A stretch of 64,000 nt of DNA, taken from Thermoanaerobaculia bacterium. GTDB taxonomy: Bacteria; Acidobacteriota; Thermoanaerobaculia; Multivoradales; UBA5704. The notes below the pieces were generated by a model. The model was not told the DNA's origin. It was given only the letters and a program-made list of their open reading frames with translations, and did no database searches. Location of the stretch: positions 23,978 through 87,977 of the forward strand of contig JBGAGQ010000017.1 of NCBI GenBank assembly GCA_044226625.1. The letters are read 5' to 3'. Position 1 is the first letter of the stretch. Each line of letters begins with the position of its first letter. A program made the translations under genes and the position numbers. This document shows, piece by piece, positions 1 through 8,639 of the stretch.

Positions 1-984
1 GGCGAACGTGCCCACCAGGATTTGGAGACCGGCGAGGCTCGGGACGATCGCCGAGAGGACGACCAGCGCGAGCAAGAGAAGCGGCGGCAGGGCATGCAGC
101 CCGCCGATCAGGGCGCGAATCCGCAACGGCTGCTTCTTGAGCAGCAACAGGGCGAACAGAAACCACCGGTGCATCAGCTGTCGATAGTGCCTGCCGTCGC
201 GGACCGTCGTCTCGACCCAATGAGGCCTCGCGCTCTGGAAGATCGTTCCGCCGCTCGCGAGCACACCCTCCGCGACGGCGAGGTCGTCCGTAAGTGCCCT
301 CAACATCCCGCCGAACCCTCCTCCCTCGGTGAGCTTTTCCCTCCGCAACGCATACGCCATGCCGTTGATCGTGAGCGGATCTTGGACGGGGAGAAGCGGC
401 AGGTACGTCATCGCAGCGTTGTTGTCGACGAACTGGGCGAGCCACCGCGAAGGCCACCGTCCGTCGTCCAAGTACCCTGGCAGGCTCGTCGCGATCGAAT
501 GCCGTTCGAGCGCCGCGATCAGCGCCGCGAGCGTCCGACCCGGCATGCGCGTGTCGTCGTCGAGCACCAGGAAGACCGGCTCGGCGGTTGCCGCCCCTAA
601 CGCCACCCGAGCCGCTTCGAGCTTCCAGAGCTTCGGGTTCACGCCATCCGGCGGTTGGGGATGGATGGAGATCTCGATCTTCACTTTCGAATGCCGCGCC
701 GCCAGATCGCGGCAGATCCGCTGCGCTTCGAGGTCGTCCTCGTCGACGAGCCAGAGGAAGCGCGCGGCCGGCAACTCGTGGAGGTTGTCGCCGAGCACCG
801 CGCCGAGTCGGGGATCGCCCGAGAGGATCGGTTGCGCGATCGCGACCCCCGCGCCGTCGGACGGCGGGAGAACCTCCTCCTTCCGGGCGACGCGCACCGC
901 GAAGAGCGCTTTCGTTCCCGAGATCGCGAGATAGAGCGCAGCGACCGCAGCGAGCGCGGCCACGCCGGGGACAGGAGAGATCAT
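1..984 (-). CDS. Glycosyltransferase family 2/21 (ceramide-glucosyltransferase / HpnI-like); 3' end cut by window edge
   Basis: Not in the ORF track because it runs off the window. Manual minus-strand translation from ATG 984..982 gives MISPVPGVAALAAVAALYLAISG... with an N-terminal TM, VLDDDTRM (DxD), RQLMHRW (Q/RxxRW) and C-terminal hydrophobic segments. ATGA overlap with the stop of the upstream gene. Confidence 0.7.
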   Translation of the reverse strand, partial: MISPVPGVAALAAVAALYLAISGTKALFAVRVARKEEVLPPSDGAGVAIAQPILSGDPRLGAVLGDNLHELPAARFLWLVDEDDLEAQRICRDLAARHSKVKIEISIHPQPPDGVNPKLWKLEAARVALGAATAEPVFLVLDDDTRMPGRTLAALIAALERHSIATSLPGYLDDGRWPSRWLAQFVDNNAAMTYLPLLPVQDPLTINGMAYALRREKLTEGGGFGGMLRALTDDLAVAEGVLASGGTIFQSARPHWVETTVRDGRHYRQLMHRWFLFALLLLKKQPLRIRALIGGLHALPPLLLLALVVLSAIVPSLAGLQILVGTFA

Positions 985-1967
985 GCGTTCCGGTCCCGAG
1001 CGAGCTGCCAGCGGACGAACGCCTCGATCCCTTCGGCGAGCGACACCGACGGTGGGCCGAAATCGGCGAGCATCTTCGTCACGTCGAACGTCTTCGACCA
1101 GGCGAAGACCCCGACGCCGAAGCGGGTGATCGGCGGCTCGCCCGAAAGCCGGAAGAAGCGCCAGACGAGCTCCAGCACGGTCGCCGCGACGAAAGCCCTG
1201 CGGACCGAGACCGTCCGTTTCGGCGCGGGCAGGCCGAGCCGCTCGAACAGATCGAGCAGCAGCGGCTGGATCGCGACCGGTTCGGCGTTCGTCAGGTTGT
1301 AGACGCCGGAGAGATCGGAACGCAGGCACGCGGACAAGAGATAGTCCGCGAGCGTGTCGACGTAGATCAAGTCGCCGATCGCGGGCGGCGCATCGCCGGT
1401 GTCGAAGCGGGGGAGCTTCCCCTTTTTCGCCGCGGCGAGGATGCGCGGGAAGAGGACCGTGTCGCCGGGTCCAAACACCGCGCGCGGTCGGGCGATCAGC
1501 CACGAGCCCGGATAGGCCTGGACCAGGCGCTCCCCTTCGGCTTTCGTCTCGGCGTAGCGGTTTACGAACGCCGGCCCCACGGGGGACGCCTCGGAGAGGC
1601 CGAGCTGCGGGCCGTCGCGGTAGAGCACGGAGCTCGACGAGACGTAGATCAGCCGCGGTCGGCCGTTCGCGAGCGCGTACTCGATCACCCGGCGCGTCGC
1701 CTCGACGTTGTCGCGGCGGTACTCCTCGATCGTCCCCCAGGGAGTCGCCCGCGCCGCGGCGTGGAGGATCACGTCGGGGACGAACTCTGGATCGGACAAC
1801 CGATCGAACGGTCGCGAGAGGTCGATCGAGCTGTAGGTCGGGTCGGGCAGCGCCCGCCGTCCGATCCCATGAATCGCCAGGTCCGGCCGATCCCGAAACC
1901 GCGCGACGAACCGACCGCCGACGAAGCCGGAGGCTCCCGTGACGAGGATGCGCGTGACGTGCTTCAC
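981..1967 (-). CDS. NAD-dependent epimerase/dehydratase family SDR (reductase)
   Basis: ORF 981..1967. GTG start followed immediately by the Rossmann motif ILVTGASGFVGG. YAETK (YxxxK) catalytic motif. GTGA overlap with the upstream gene. Confidence 0.85.
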   Translation of the reverse strand: MKHVTRILVTGASGFVGGRFVARFRDRPDLAIHGIGRRALPDPTYSSIDLSRPFDRLSDPEFVPDVILHAAARATPWGTIEEYRRDNVEATRRVIEYALANGRPRLIYVSSSSVLYRDGPQLGLSEASPVGPAFVNRYAETKAEGERLVQAYPGSWLIARPRAVFGPGDTVLFPRILAAAKKGKLPRFDTGDAPPAIGDLIYVDTLADYLLSACLRSDLSGVYNLTNAEPVAIQPLLLDLFERLGLPAPKRTVSVRRAFVAATVLELVWRFFRLSGEPPITRFGVGVFAWSKTFDVTKMLADFGPPSVSLAEGIEAFVRWQLARDRNA

Positions 1968-3298
1968 GCCGCCGCCTCGGCCCGGTTGAGGCAGCGGATG
2001 CGCCGCCGCTTTTCACCGAGGGGAAGATCGGTCCAAGGATCGGCGAGGACGACCGGCGCTCGAATTCCGAGCCGCTTCGCCAAGGCTCCGATCTCCCGCT
2101 CGATCTCGATCATGACCGCCGGGCTCGTCGTCGCCAGCCGCCATCGGTTCCCCTCCTGCGTCACCCGGTACTCACCGAGCCCGTCGACGCGAGACATCGC
2201 GTTGCGCACCAGATCGGGAAACACGGCGACCGGCCCGCCCCCCTCGATCGCTATGCCCCAAAGCACGTCGTCCGCCCGGCCTTCGATGGCTTCCAGACTC
2301 AACGTCGGCCGGCCACACGAACATTCACCGTCGGCGAGCCGAAGCACGTCGTCCAGCCGATACCGCACCACCAGCTGCGTCGTGCGCGAAACGTCGGTCA
2401 CGATCGGCACGAACCGCCGCCGCTCCGCGTCGAGCCATTCCATCTCGAAAACCATCTGCTCCTCGTTCAGATGCACGCGCCCCGCGGGGCAGCTCGCGCC
2501 CAAGAATCCCTCGGTCGCCTGGTACACCTGCTGCACCGGCACGCCCCAGGCTTCCACAATCGCTCGAGCGTCCTCCGGCTCCAGAACCTCCGCGACCGAG
2601 ACGACCTGTCGCGGCGCAATGTGGAGAGCCCTTTCCGACAACCCTCCTCCCTCGGTGAGCTTTTTCAACACCGAGGCCGGCGCGACCAAGACATCCGGCG
2701 GGTGTGCGTTCAACCTCCGCAGGTGCTCTTCCCAAGGTGCCCACAAATCGAAGAACTGAAAATCGATCCGCGTGCTCCCGAGGGTGGTGTAGAGGTTGCT
2801 GTTCGCGCGGAGAAAAAAAGCGATCACCAAGGGAGGCCGGTTTCGGCCGATCACCTGACGCAACCCGTCCCGCGTCAGCAGACGGGCGAGCAGAAGCCCC
2901 GCCCAGCGAGCGCGTTCGGCCGCCGAGACGAGGAAGACGCCGCGCTGTCCGGAGGTGCCGCTGGAAAGGCCGACCGTCAGCTCCTCTCCGTCGACCGTAA
3001 GCGTCGGCCGGAAGTCGCGGCTCCGCTCCGCCTCGAGCGCTACGTCGAGAGCGCGATCGAGCGGCACGCCGAAGGTGTTGAAACCGGCGAAGTCGGCGAG
3101 CATCGTCCGCTTGTCGACGATCGGCAGCTGGTCGAACGGCTTGTCGACGAAGGGTTGGTAGAAGCGCGCCTGGGGAAGGGTTCTGGCCAGGAACTTCGCG
3201 AGCCGCCTTTGCTGCATTTCGAGGAGCGCGGCGCGGTCTTTCGGGTGCGGCCCCCAGCGCTCCCCAGCGAAGGCGGCGATCGAACGAAGGGAGGTCAT
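1964..3298 (-). CDS. F390-synthetase-related / PaaK-like adenylate-forming enzyme
   Basis: 444-aa ORF. LSSGTSGQRGVF phosphate-binding loop as in phenylacetate-CoA ligase / coenzyme F390 synthetase relatives. ATGA overlap with the MBL gene stop. Confidence 0.75.
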   Translation of the reverse strand: MTSLRSIAAFAGERWGPHPKDRAALLEMQQRRLAKFLARTLPQARFYQPFVDKPFDQLPIVDKRTMLADFAGFNTFGVPLDRALDVALEAERSRDFRPTLTVDGEELTVGLSSGTSGQRGVFLVSAAERARWAGLLLARLLTRDGLRQVIGRNRPPLVIAFFLRANSNLYTTLGSTRIDFQFFDLWAPWEEHLRRLNAHPPDVLVAPASVLKKLTEGGGLSERALHIAPRQVVSVAEVLEPEDARAIVEAWGVPVQQVYQATEGFLGASCPAGRVHLNEEQMVFEMEWLDAERRRFVPIVTDVSRTTQLVVRYRLDDVLRLADGECSCGRPTLSLEAIEGRADDVLWGIAIEGGGPVAVFPDLVRNAMSRVDGLGEYRVTQEGNRWRLATTSPAVMIEIEREIGALAKRLGIRAPVVLADPWTDLPLGEKRRRIRCLNRAEAAA

Positions 3299-4158
3299 CC
3301 TCGGCGCAACGCGTCGAACGTTTCGGTGCAGTGGGAGGGGACGATCGTGAGCTCAGGGTGACCCGTCGCGACCTTTTTCAGTCCTCCGAGCGTCGCCTTG
3401 TAGTCGCCCCAATCGGCGAACAACGGGCGGGCGAGGAAGGTGGGTAGGCGCTGCTCCCGCCAGGCGCGGGCCGACCAGCAAGAGTCGGCGGCGAGGAGGA
3501 CCGGGGCGTCCTCTTCGGTCCGCAGCAATACGCCCAGCTGCGCCGGACTGTGGCCGGGGAGCGGGATGCCGATCAGGCTTCGATCGCCGATCAGGTCGTA
3601 ACCTCTCGAAAACGGCGCGAAGGAGGGGCCGAGATCGACCGGCGCCAGCGAGTCGGCCAGATCGAGGCGCGACTCGAAGTCGTCCGGCAGGAGATCCGGC
3701 AGGACGCCGCGCCGGAGCGCCGCGAAGCCGCGGACGGCGTTCGGGCCTAGATGCGCCGCGACGTCCCGCTCGAGCGCGGTGAAGCAGGAACGCGGCAGGT
3801 CGCGCAGACCCGCCACGTGGTCGGCGTGTAGATGGGAGATGAGAACCCGGGAGATCTCCGGCAGGGCGACGCCGAGGGCGCGAAGCTGGGTTTCGAGGCG
3901 CTCCTCCTCGGGGAGACGGACGGGGGTGAGCCAGCGGTAGATGCGCCCGGGGAATCGCTCGGTTGCCTGCTCGAAGCGGTCCGCGTACCCCGTGTCGTAG
4001 AGGATCGGCCCGGCGGTGGGGTGGAGGATCAGCGCCACGAGCGCGGGGAAATCGATCGGGCCGAATCTACCGCCGCGGATCGTCACCCATTCGGGATGGC
4101 GGCAGCGGCCGACCCGGAGGAGCCGGAGCCCCACGCGCGGCTGCGGTCCGAGGCTCAA
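3295..4158 (-). CDS. MBL-fold metallo-hydrolase
   Basis: HLHADHVAG (HxHxDH) zinc motif, with later H and D ligands. The start is either TTG 4158 (overlapping the KASIII stop) or GTG 4134. Confidence 0.8.
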   Translation of the reverse strand: MSLGPQPRVGLRLLRVGRCRHPEWVTIRGGRFGPIDFPALVALILHPTAGPILYDTGYADRFEQATERFPGRIYRWLTPVRLPEEERLETQLRALGVALPEISRVLISHLHADHVAGLRDLPRSCFTALERDVAAHLGPNAVRGFAALRRGVLPDLLPDDFESRLDLADSLAPVDLGPSFAPFSRGYDLIGDRSLIGIPLPGHSPAQLGVLLRTEEDAPVLLAADSCWSARAWREQRLPTFLARPLFADWGDYKATLGGLKKVATGHPELTIVPSHCTETFDALRRG

Positions 4159-5186
4159 TAGCGAATTACCATGCCGCCGATCTGGATCCCCGCGCCGGTG
4201 CCGATGAGAAGCGCTGGGTCGCCACGGCGCAGCCGGCCGGAACGGACCGCCTCGTGGAGCGCGCTAGGCAACGACGCGCCTACCTGGTTGCCCTGACCGG
4301 CGAAGAGGTCGATCACCTGCTCCTTGCGAAGGTCGAAGCGGCGTCGCAGGTAGTCGAGGGCGTGACGGCTCGCCTGGTGCGGCACGACGACCGGGATGTC
4401 CGAGAGCGCGAGGCCGGATGCGTCGAGCAACGCTTCGAGAAACGAGGGGAGGCGCTCGGCGGCGAGGCGAAAGACCGCCTTGCCGTCCATTCGGAAGAGT
4501 GTGAGCGGGAGGTAGGGCCCGGCGATCCGCCCCGGGTGGTGACGCGAACCGCCCCCCGGGATCTCGCAGGTATGCGCACCGTCGGAGATCGTCGCGAAGG
4601 AGCTCGCGAGCAGGGCGGACGAGTCGCCGGGATCCGCCGGACCGACGACCGCTGCCGCCGCGCCATCTCCGAAGATTCCGCTCGCTTCGAGTTTGGTCCA
4701 ATCGAGTCCGCAGGAGGCGACGTCGGAGGAGACGATCAGGATCCGCCGATAACGGCCGGCCTCGATCAAGCAGGCCGCCGTATCGAGGGCGACCAGGAAG
4801 GAGAGGCAGCTCGCACCGATGTCGAAGGAGGGGATCGCGAAGTCGGAAAGGCCGAGCGCGCGATGGAGGAGCGCCCCATTGCACGGCATCGCCTGGTCCG
4901 GGGTGCCGGAAGCGGCGATCAGGCAGTCGAGGTCGGAAAGCTCGAGGCCGGCGGCGGCGAGCGCGCCGCGCGCGGCCTCAGCGCCGAGCGCCGCCGCGCT
5001 TCGCGTCTCGACGTACCGGCGCTCGACGCCGGTCTTCTTGCGCACCGTGCCCCGCGGAAGGCCGAGCGTGAGGTCGAGCTGCTCGCTCGGAACCTCGTCC
5101 GCCGGCAGCGCCGCTCCGGTTCCGAGCAGGCGCACGGCCCGCGGACGGAGCGGGGAACCGGGACGGGCGGACGGGCGGTTGATCAT
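4155..5186 (-). CDS. 3-oxoacyl-ACP synthase III (FabH-like KASIII) family condensing enzyme
   Basis: ORF 4155..5279 trimmed to ATG 5186 (MINRPSARPG...). Cys (DIGASCLSF), His (VVPHQAS) and Asn (GNQVGASLP) catalytic triad contexts. Confidence 0.85.
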   Translation of the reverse strand: MINRPSARPGSPLRPRAVRLLGTGAALPADEVPSEQLDLTLGLPRGTVRKKTGVERRYVETRSAAALGAEAARGALAAAGLELSDLDCLIAASGTPDQAMPCNGALLHRALGLSDFAIPSFDIGASCLSFLVALDTAACLIEAGRYRRILIVSSDVASCGLDWTKLEASGIFGDGAAAAVVGPADPGDSSALLASSFATISDGAHTCEIPGGGSRHHPGRIAGPYLPLTLFRMDGKAVFRLAAERLPSFLEALLDASGLALSDIPVVVPHQASRHALDYLRRRFDLRKEQVIDLFAGQGNQVGASLPSALHEAVRSGRLRRGDPALLIGTGAGIQIGGMVIRY

Positions 5187-5287
5187 CGTCGGAAAAGAGG
5201 CTTCAAAGTAGCACGCCTCGCTCCATCGACTACAGGTCGCGGGGTTCTGTACCCTGGCGTCGACGCCATCCGCTACCATCCCCCTCC

Positions 5288-7120
5288 ATGAGCTTCTCGT
5301 CCGACTCCGAGCGTCTCGAGGCGCTGGCCGGCCGGGTCCGCGAGCTGCCGGACCGGGCGGGGATCTACGTCTGGAAAGACGCCGCGGGCAAGGTCCTCTA
5401 CGTCGGCAAGGCGAAGTCGCTCAAGAAGCGGGTGGGCTCGTACCTCTCCCGCGACCTCGAGCCGCGGCTGGCGCAGATGGTCTACGAGGCGGTCGACATC
5501 GAGCACGTGATCACCGACTCTGAAGCCGAGGCGCTGCTGCTCGAAAACAACTTCATCAAAGAGAAGAAGCCGCGCTACAACGTCCTGCTGCGGGACGACA
5601 AGACCTATCCGTACCTGAAGCTCACGATGCGCGATGAGTTTCCGCGCATCGCCTTCACGCGGCGGATCGCGAACGACGGCGCCGAGTATTTCGGGCCGTA
5701 TCTCCCCGGCGGCCTCGCGCGGAAGGCGATCAAGCTGGTCCAGAAGCTGTTCCAGGTCCGCGTCTGCCGCATCGAGATCGACGGCGGGCTCGAGCGCCCG
5801 TGCCTCTACCACGGCATGCACCGATGCCTCGGGCCGTGCGTCGCGCGCCTGACCACGAGGGAGACCTACGCCGAGGCGGTCGCCCAGGCGCGGCTGTTCC
5901 TCGCCGGCAAGAACGACGTCCTGCTCAAGCGGTTGAAGCGCGAGATGCTCGACGCTTCCGACGCCTTCGAGTTCGAGCGCGCGGCGGCGCTTCGCGACAC
6001 GATCGCCGAGATCGAGTCGATCGGCCAACGGCGCAAGCTCTCCTCGGTCGACGGCGAAGACCTGGACGTCTACGGCGTCCACGTCTCGGGGGGCAACGCC
6101 GCCGTGGCGATCCTGGTGATGCGCGGCGGCCAGGTGCTCGACCGCCGCGAGCTGTTCTGGGAAAAGGTCGGCCAGATCGCGCCCGACGCCTTGCTGTCCG
6201 AGCTGCTGCCGCAGATCTACGACCGGACGACCTTCGTTCCCAAGGAGATCCACCTGCCGGTCCCGATCGAGGGGGAGGACGCGTTGCTCGACTGGCTGTC
6301 GGAGCGGAAGGGGGAGCGGGTCTACCTGCGGCTTCCGAGCCGCGGTCCGAAGGCGGAACGGCTGGCCCTCGCGGGGCATAACGCCCAACAGGCGCACCGC
6401 CGCCGCTTCCGCACCGGGGCGGTGGCGCCGGGCGCGATGGCGCTCGAGCGGCATCTGGAGCTCGCCGATCCGCCGCGGCGGATCGAGGGGTTCGACATCT
6501 CGCATTTCCAGGGGGGCGAGACGGTCGCTTCGATGGTGGTATGGGAAGAGGGGAAGATGCGGAAGGGGGACTATCGGAGCTTCAACATCCGGAGCGTTTC
6601 GGGCCCGGACGACTTCGCCTCGATGCGCGAGGCGGTCGAGCGGCGCTACCGGCGGGTCCTCGACGAGGTGGGCGCGATGCCCGACCTGATCCTGATCGAC
6701 GGCGGACGCGGCCAGCTGAACGCGGCGATCGAGGCGCTCGCGATCCTCGGAGTCGAGGACACGCCGATCCTCGGGCTTGCGAAGAGGGAGGAGGAGGTCT
6801 ACCTGCCGGAGCTTCCCGGTCCGCTCTGTCTGCCGAAGGACGACCCCGGGCTCCAGCTGCTCCAGCAGATCCGCGACGAGGCCCATCGGTTCGCGGTCTC
6901 CCGCCATCGCGCCCGCCGTTCCGCCAACCGGCTCCGGAGCCGGCTCGACGACCTCCCCGGGATTGGACCGCGGCGGAGGAAGCTCCTGCTCACCCGCTTT
7001 GGGAGCGTCGAAGGGGTCCGGCGCGCGCCCCTGTCCGAGCTCGAGGCGGCCGTGGGGCCCATGCTCGCTCGGCGGCTGGTCGAGGCCCTGCGGGCACAGG
7101 AAGCGGCCCCGGAAGCCTGA
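5288..7120 (+). CDS. uvrC: Excinuclease ABC subunit C
   Basis: 610 aa. GIY-YIG N-terminus (GIYVWKDAAGKVLYVGKAKSLKKRV), UVR region, C-terminal HhH (LDDLPGIGPRRRKLLLTRFGS). Confidence 0.95.
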   Translation: MSFSSDSERLEALAGRVRELPDRAGIYVWKDAAGKVLYVGKAKSLKKRVGSYLSRDLEPRLAQMVYEAVDIEHVITDSEAEALLLENNFIKEKKPRYNVLLRDDKTYPYLKLTMRDEFPRIAFTRRIANDGAEYFGPYLPGGLARKAIKLVQKLFQVRVCRIEIDGGLERPCLYHGMHRCLGPCVARLTTRETYAEAVAQARLFLAGKNDVLLKRLKREMLDASDAFEFERAAALRDTIAEIESIGQRRKLSSVDGEDLDVYGVHVSGGNAAVAILVMRGGQVLDRRELFWEKVGQIAPDALLSELLPQIYDRTTFVPKEIHLPVPIEGEDALLDWLSERKGERVYLRLPSRGPKAERLALAGHNAQQAHRRRFRTGAVAPGAMALERHLELADPPRRIEGFDISHFQGGETVASMVVWEEGKMRKGDYRSFNIRSVSGPDDFASMREAVERRYRRVLDEVGAMPDLILIDGGRGQLNAAIEALAILGVEDTPILGLAKREEEVYLPELPGPLCLPKDDPGLQLLQQIRDEAHRFAVSRHRARRSANRLRSRLDDLPGIGPRRRKLLLTRFGSVEGVRRAPLSELEAAVGPMLARRLVEALRAQEAAPEA

Positions 7121-7146
7121 TCTGCCAGATCCGGGCCGAGTCGGGC

Positions 7147-8565
7147 TCAGGCTTCGCGCAGCTCGAAGTAGGGCTCGAGCGCGATCTCGGGAGCGAGCGC
7201 CGCTCCGAGCCAGGGCGCGCCGTCGGCGACCGCGATCGGGTCGAGACCGAGGCCCGAGACCCGCGCGAAGACGTCGAGCAGGTTCGAGTCCCAGAGCAGG
7301 TTCGGCACCGCCGGCCCGATCCGTCCCCCCTCGATCCGGCGGGCGCCGTGAGCGACGGCGCGAAACGAGAGCGAGCTCGGATCGTGGACCACGAGCGGCG
7401 AGAGCGACGCGATCCACAGCCCTCCGTCGGCCGCGGCGAGGAGTTCGCCCAGCGGCTTCGCCGCCTCCGGCTCTCCGGCTCGGAGGGTGGGATGGAGGAC
7501 ACCCGACCGTTCGAGATCGATCGCCAGCGGAAGGTCGGCGAGCGTTGCGGGCACTTGGAGTCGATCGGCGAGCTCGCGGGATACCGCCGCGGCCCGAAAG
7601 ATCCCCGCGGAGATCATCTCGACCGGCAGGGCGGGGTTGCCGCGCAGATCGAACGGCAGGGCGAGCCCCCGGGGATCGGTCGCGTCGTCGATCAAGCTGA
7701 GCCGCCGGTTGGCCACTTGCTCGCCGAGATGACCGAAGAGCGGCCAAGCCTTCGCGTCACCTCGGGCGACCGCGTCGGCGATCGCCTGGGAGTCGAGCGC
7801 CGCGCGCGCGAAGGCGAGCGCGATCTGGGCCGCGGCCCGCGGCGCGAGCACGATCGGAGCGGGCTTTCCGGGTGGTGGCGAGAGCGCCGGATCGGCGCTC
7901 CGCGACCGGGCGAGCTCGAGCAGGGGACCGGGGCCGAGATCGGACAGCCGGCGGGCGACGCGCTCGGCGCTACCGGTCGCCGGGCCGCGGCCGATCCGTA
8001 GGGCCAGGGAGACGCCGGTCAACGCGGCGACGCGTGGGGCGCTCCCGGTCGCTGCGAAGCCGATCCTCCCTTCGCTCCAGCGAAGGTGAGCGGACTCGTC
8101 GGCGTCGAGGCCCTCCGACAGGAGCGCCTTGGCCTCGTCCGAGGACAGGCTGGCGATCTCGCCGTCCCAGAAGTCGTTCGGCTCGTCCGAGCCTGGCGCC
8201 GACCCCCGCCTCTTGGCGGAGGGATCGGTCACCTCGACCGGAGCGGGAGACAGGCGTCCGTCGGCGAGCGCCCGTCGAATCGCGGCGCCGAGCTCCGCGC
8301 GGTCGAGGGATGCCGCACGGTGATGACCGACCCGACCGCGCTCGACCGTCCGGACCACGAGGTTCAGCTCGTGTGTGGAGCGAGGCTCCAGCGCGGGGGC
8401 CGTTCTCCCTTTGGCGGGTTTGCCTCCGTCGACCCGGTCGGATCGCTCCTGGCGGTGGATCGCCTCCGCCCACGAGATCTCCGTGCGGTCGGCGGGGGAG
8501 TCCGCGATCGCCTGCGTCAAGATCTCGCGCGCGGTGGAGAGGGTCGGAAGGTTTAAGTTCGGCAC
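7147..8565 (-). CDS. TldD/PmbA-family putative metalloprotease/modulator (divergent)
   Basis: 472 aa. The C-terminal half follows the TldD/PmbA pattern (IVLAPRAAAQI..., LIDDATDPRGLALPFDLRGNP, GGLWIASLSPLVVHDPSSLSFRAVAHGARRIEGGRIG). The call rests on remembered family architecture only. Confidence 0.55.
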   Translation of the reverse strand: MPNLNLPTLSTAREILTQAIADSPADRTEISWAEAIHRQERSDRVDGGKPAKGRTAPALEPRSTHELNLVVRTVERGRVGHHRAASLDRAELGAAIRRALADGRLSPAPVEVTDPSAKRRGSAPGSDEPNDFWDGEIASLSSDEAKALLSEGLDADESAHLRWSEGRIGFAATGSAPRVAALTGVSLALRIGRGPATGSAERVARRLSDLGPGPLLELARSRSADPALSPPPGKPAPIVLAPRAAAQIALAFARAALDSQAIADAVARGDAKAWPLFGHLGEQVANRRLSLIDDATDPRGLALPFDLRGNPALPVEMISAGIFRAAAVSRELADRLQVPATLADLPLAIDLERSGVLHPTLRAGEPEAAKPLGELLAAADGGLWIASLSPLVVHDPSSLSFRAVAHGARRIEGGRIGPAVPNLLWDSNLLDVFARVSGLGLDPIAVADGAPWLGAALAPEIALEPYFELREA

Positions 8566-8639
8566 GGCGCGGGAGCATATCGTGAGCCGGTCGGTCGCGC
8601 CCCGAGTGGCCTAGCCTTTGCACCCTGGGCGCTGGCAGA

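Noticed and set aside
588-2759. 723-aa plus-strand ORF across the lipid operon
   Set aside because: Arg/Pro/Ser-rich shadow. The minus strand encodes recognisable GT, SDR and adenylating enzymes with start/stop coupling.
5273-7747. 824-aa minus-strand ORF antisense to uvrC
   Set aside because: Extremely Arg/Pro/Gly-rich and fully overlapped by the well-supported uvrC and TldD-like genes. It is a typical high-GC shadow ORF.
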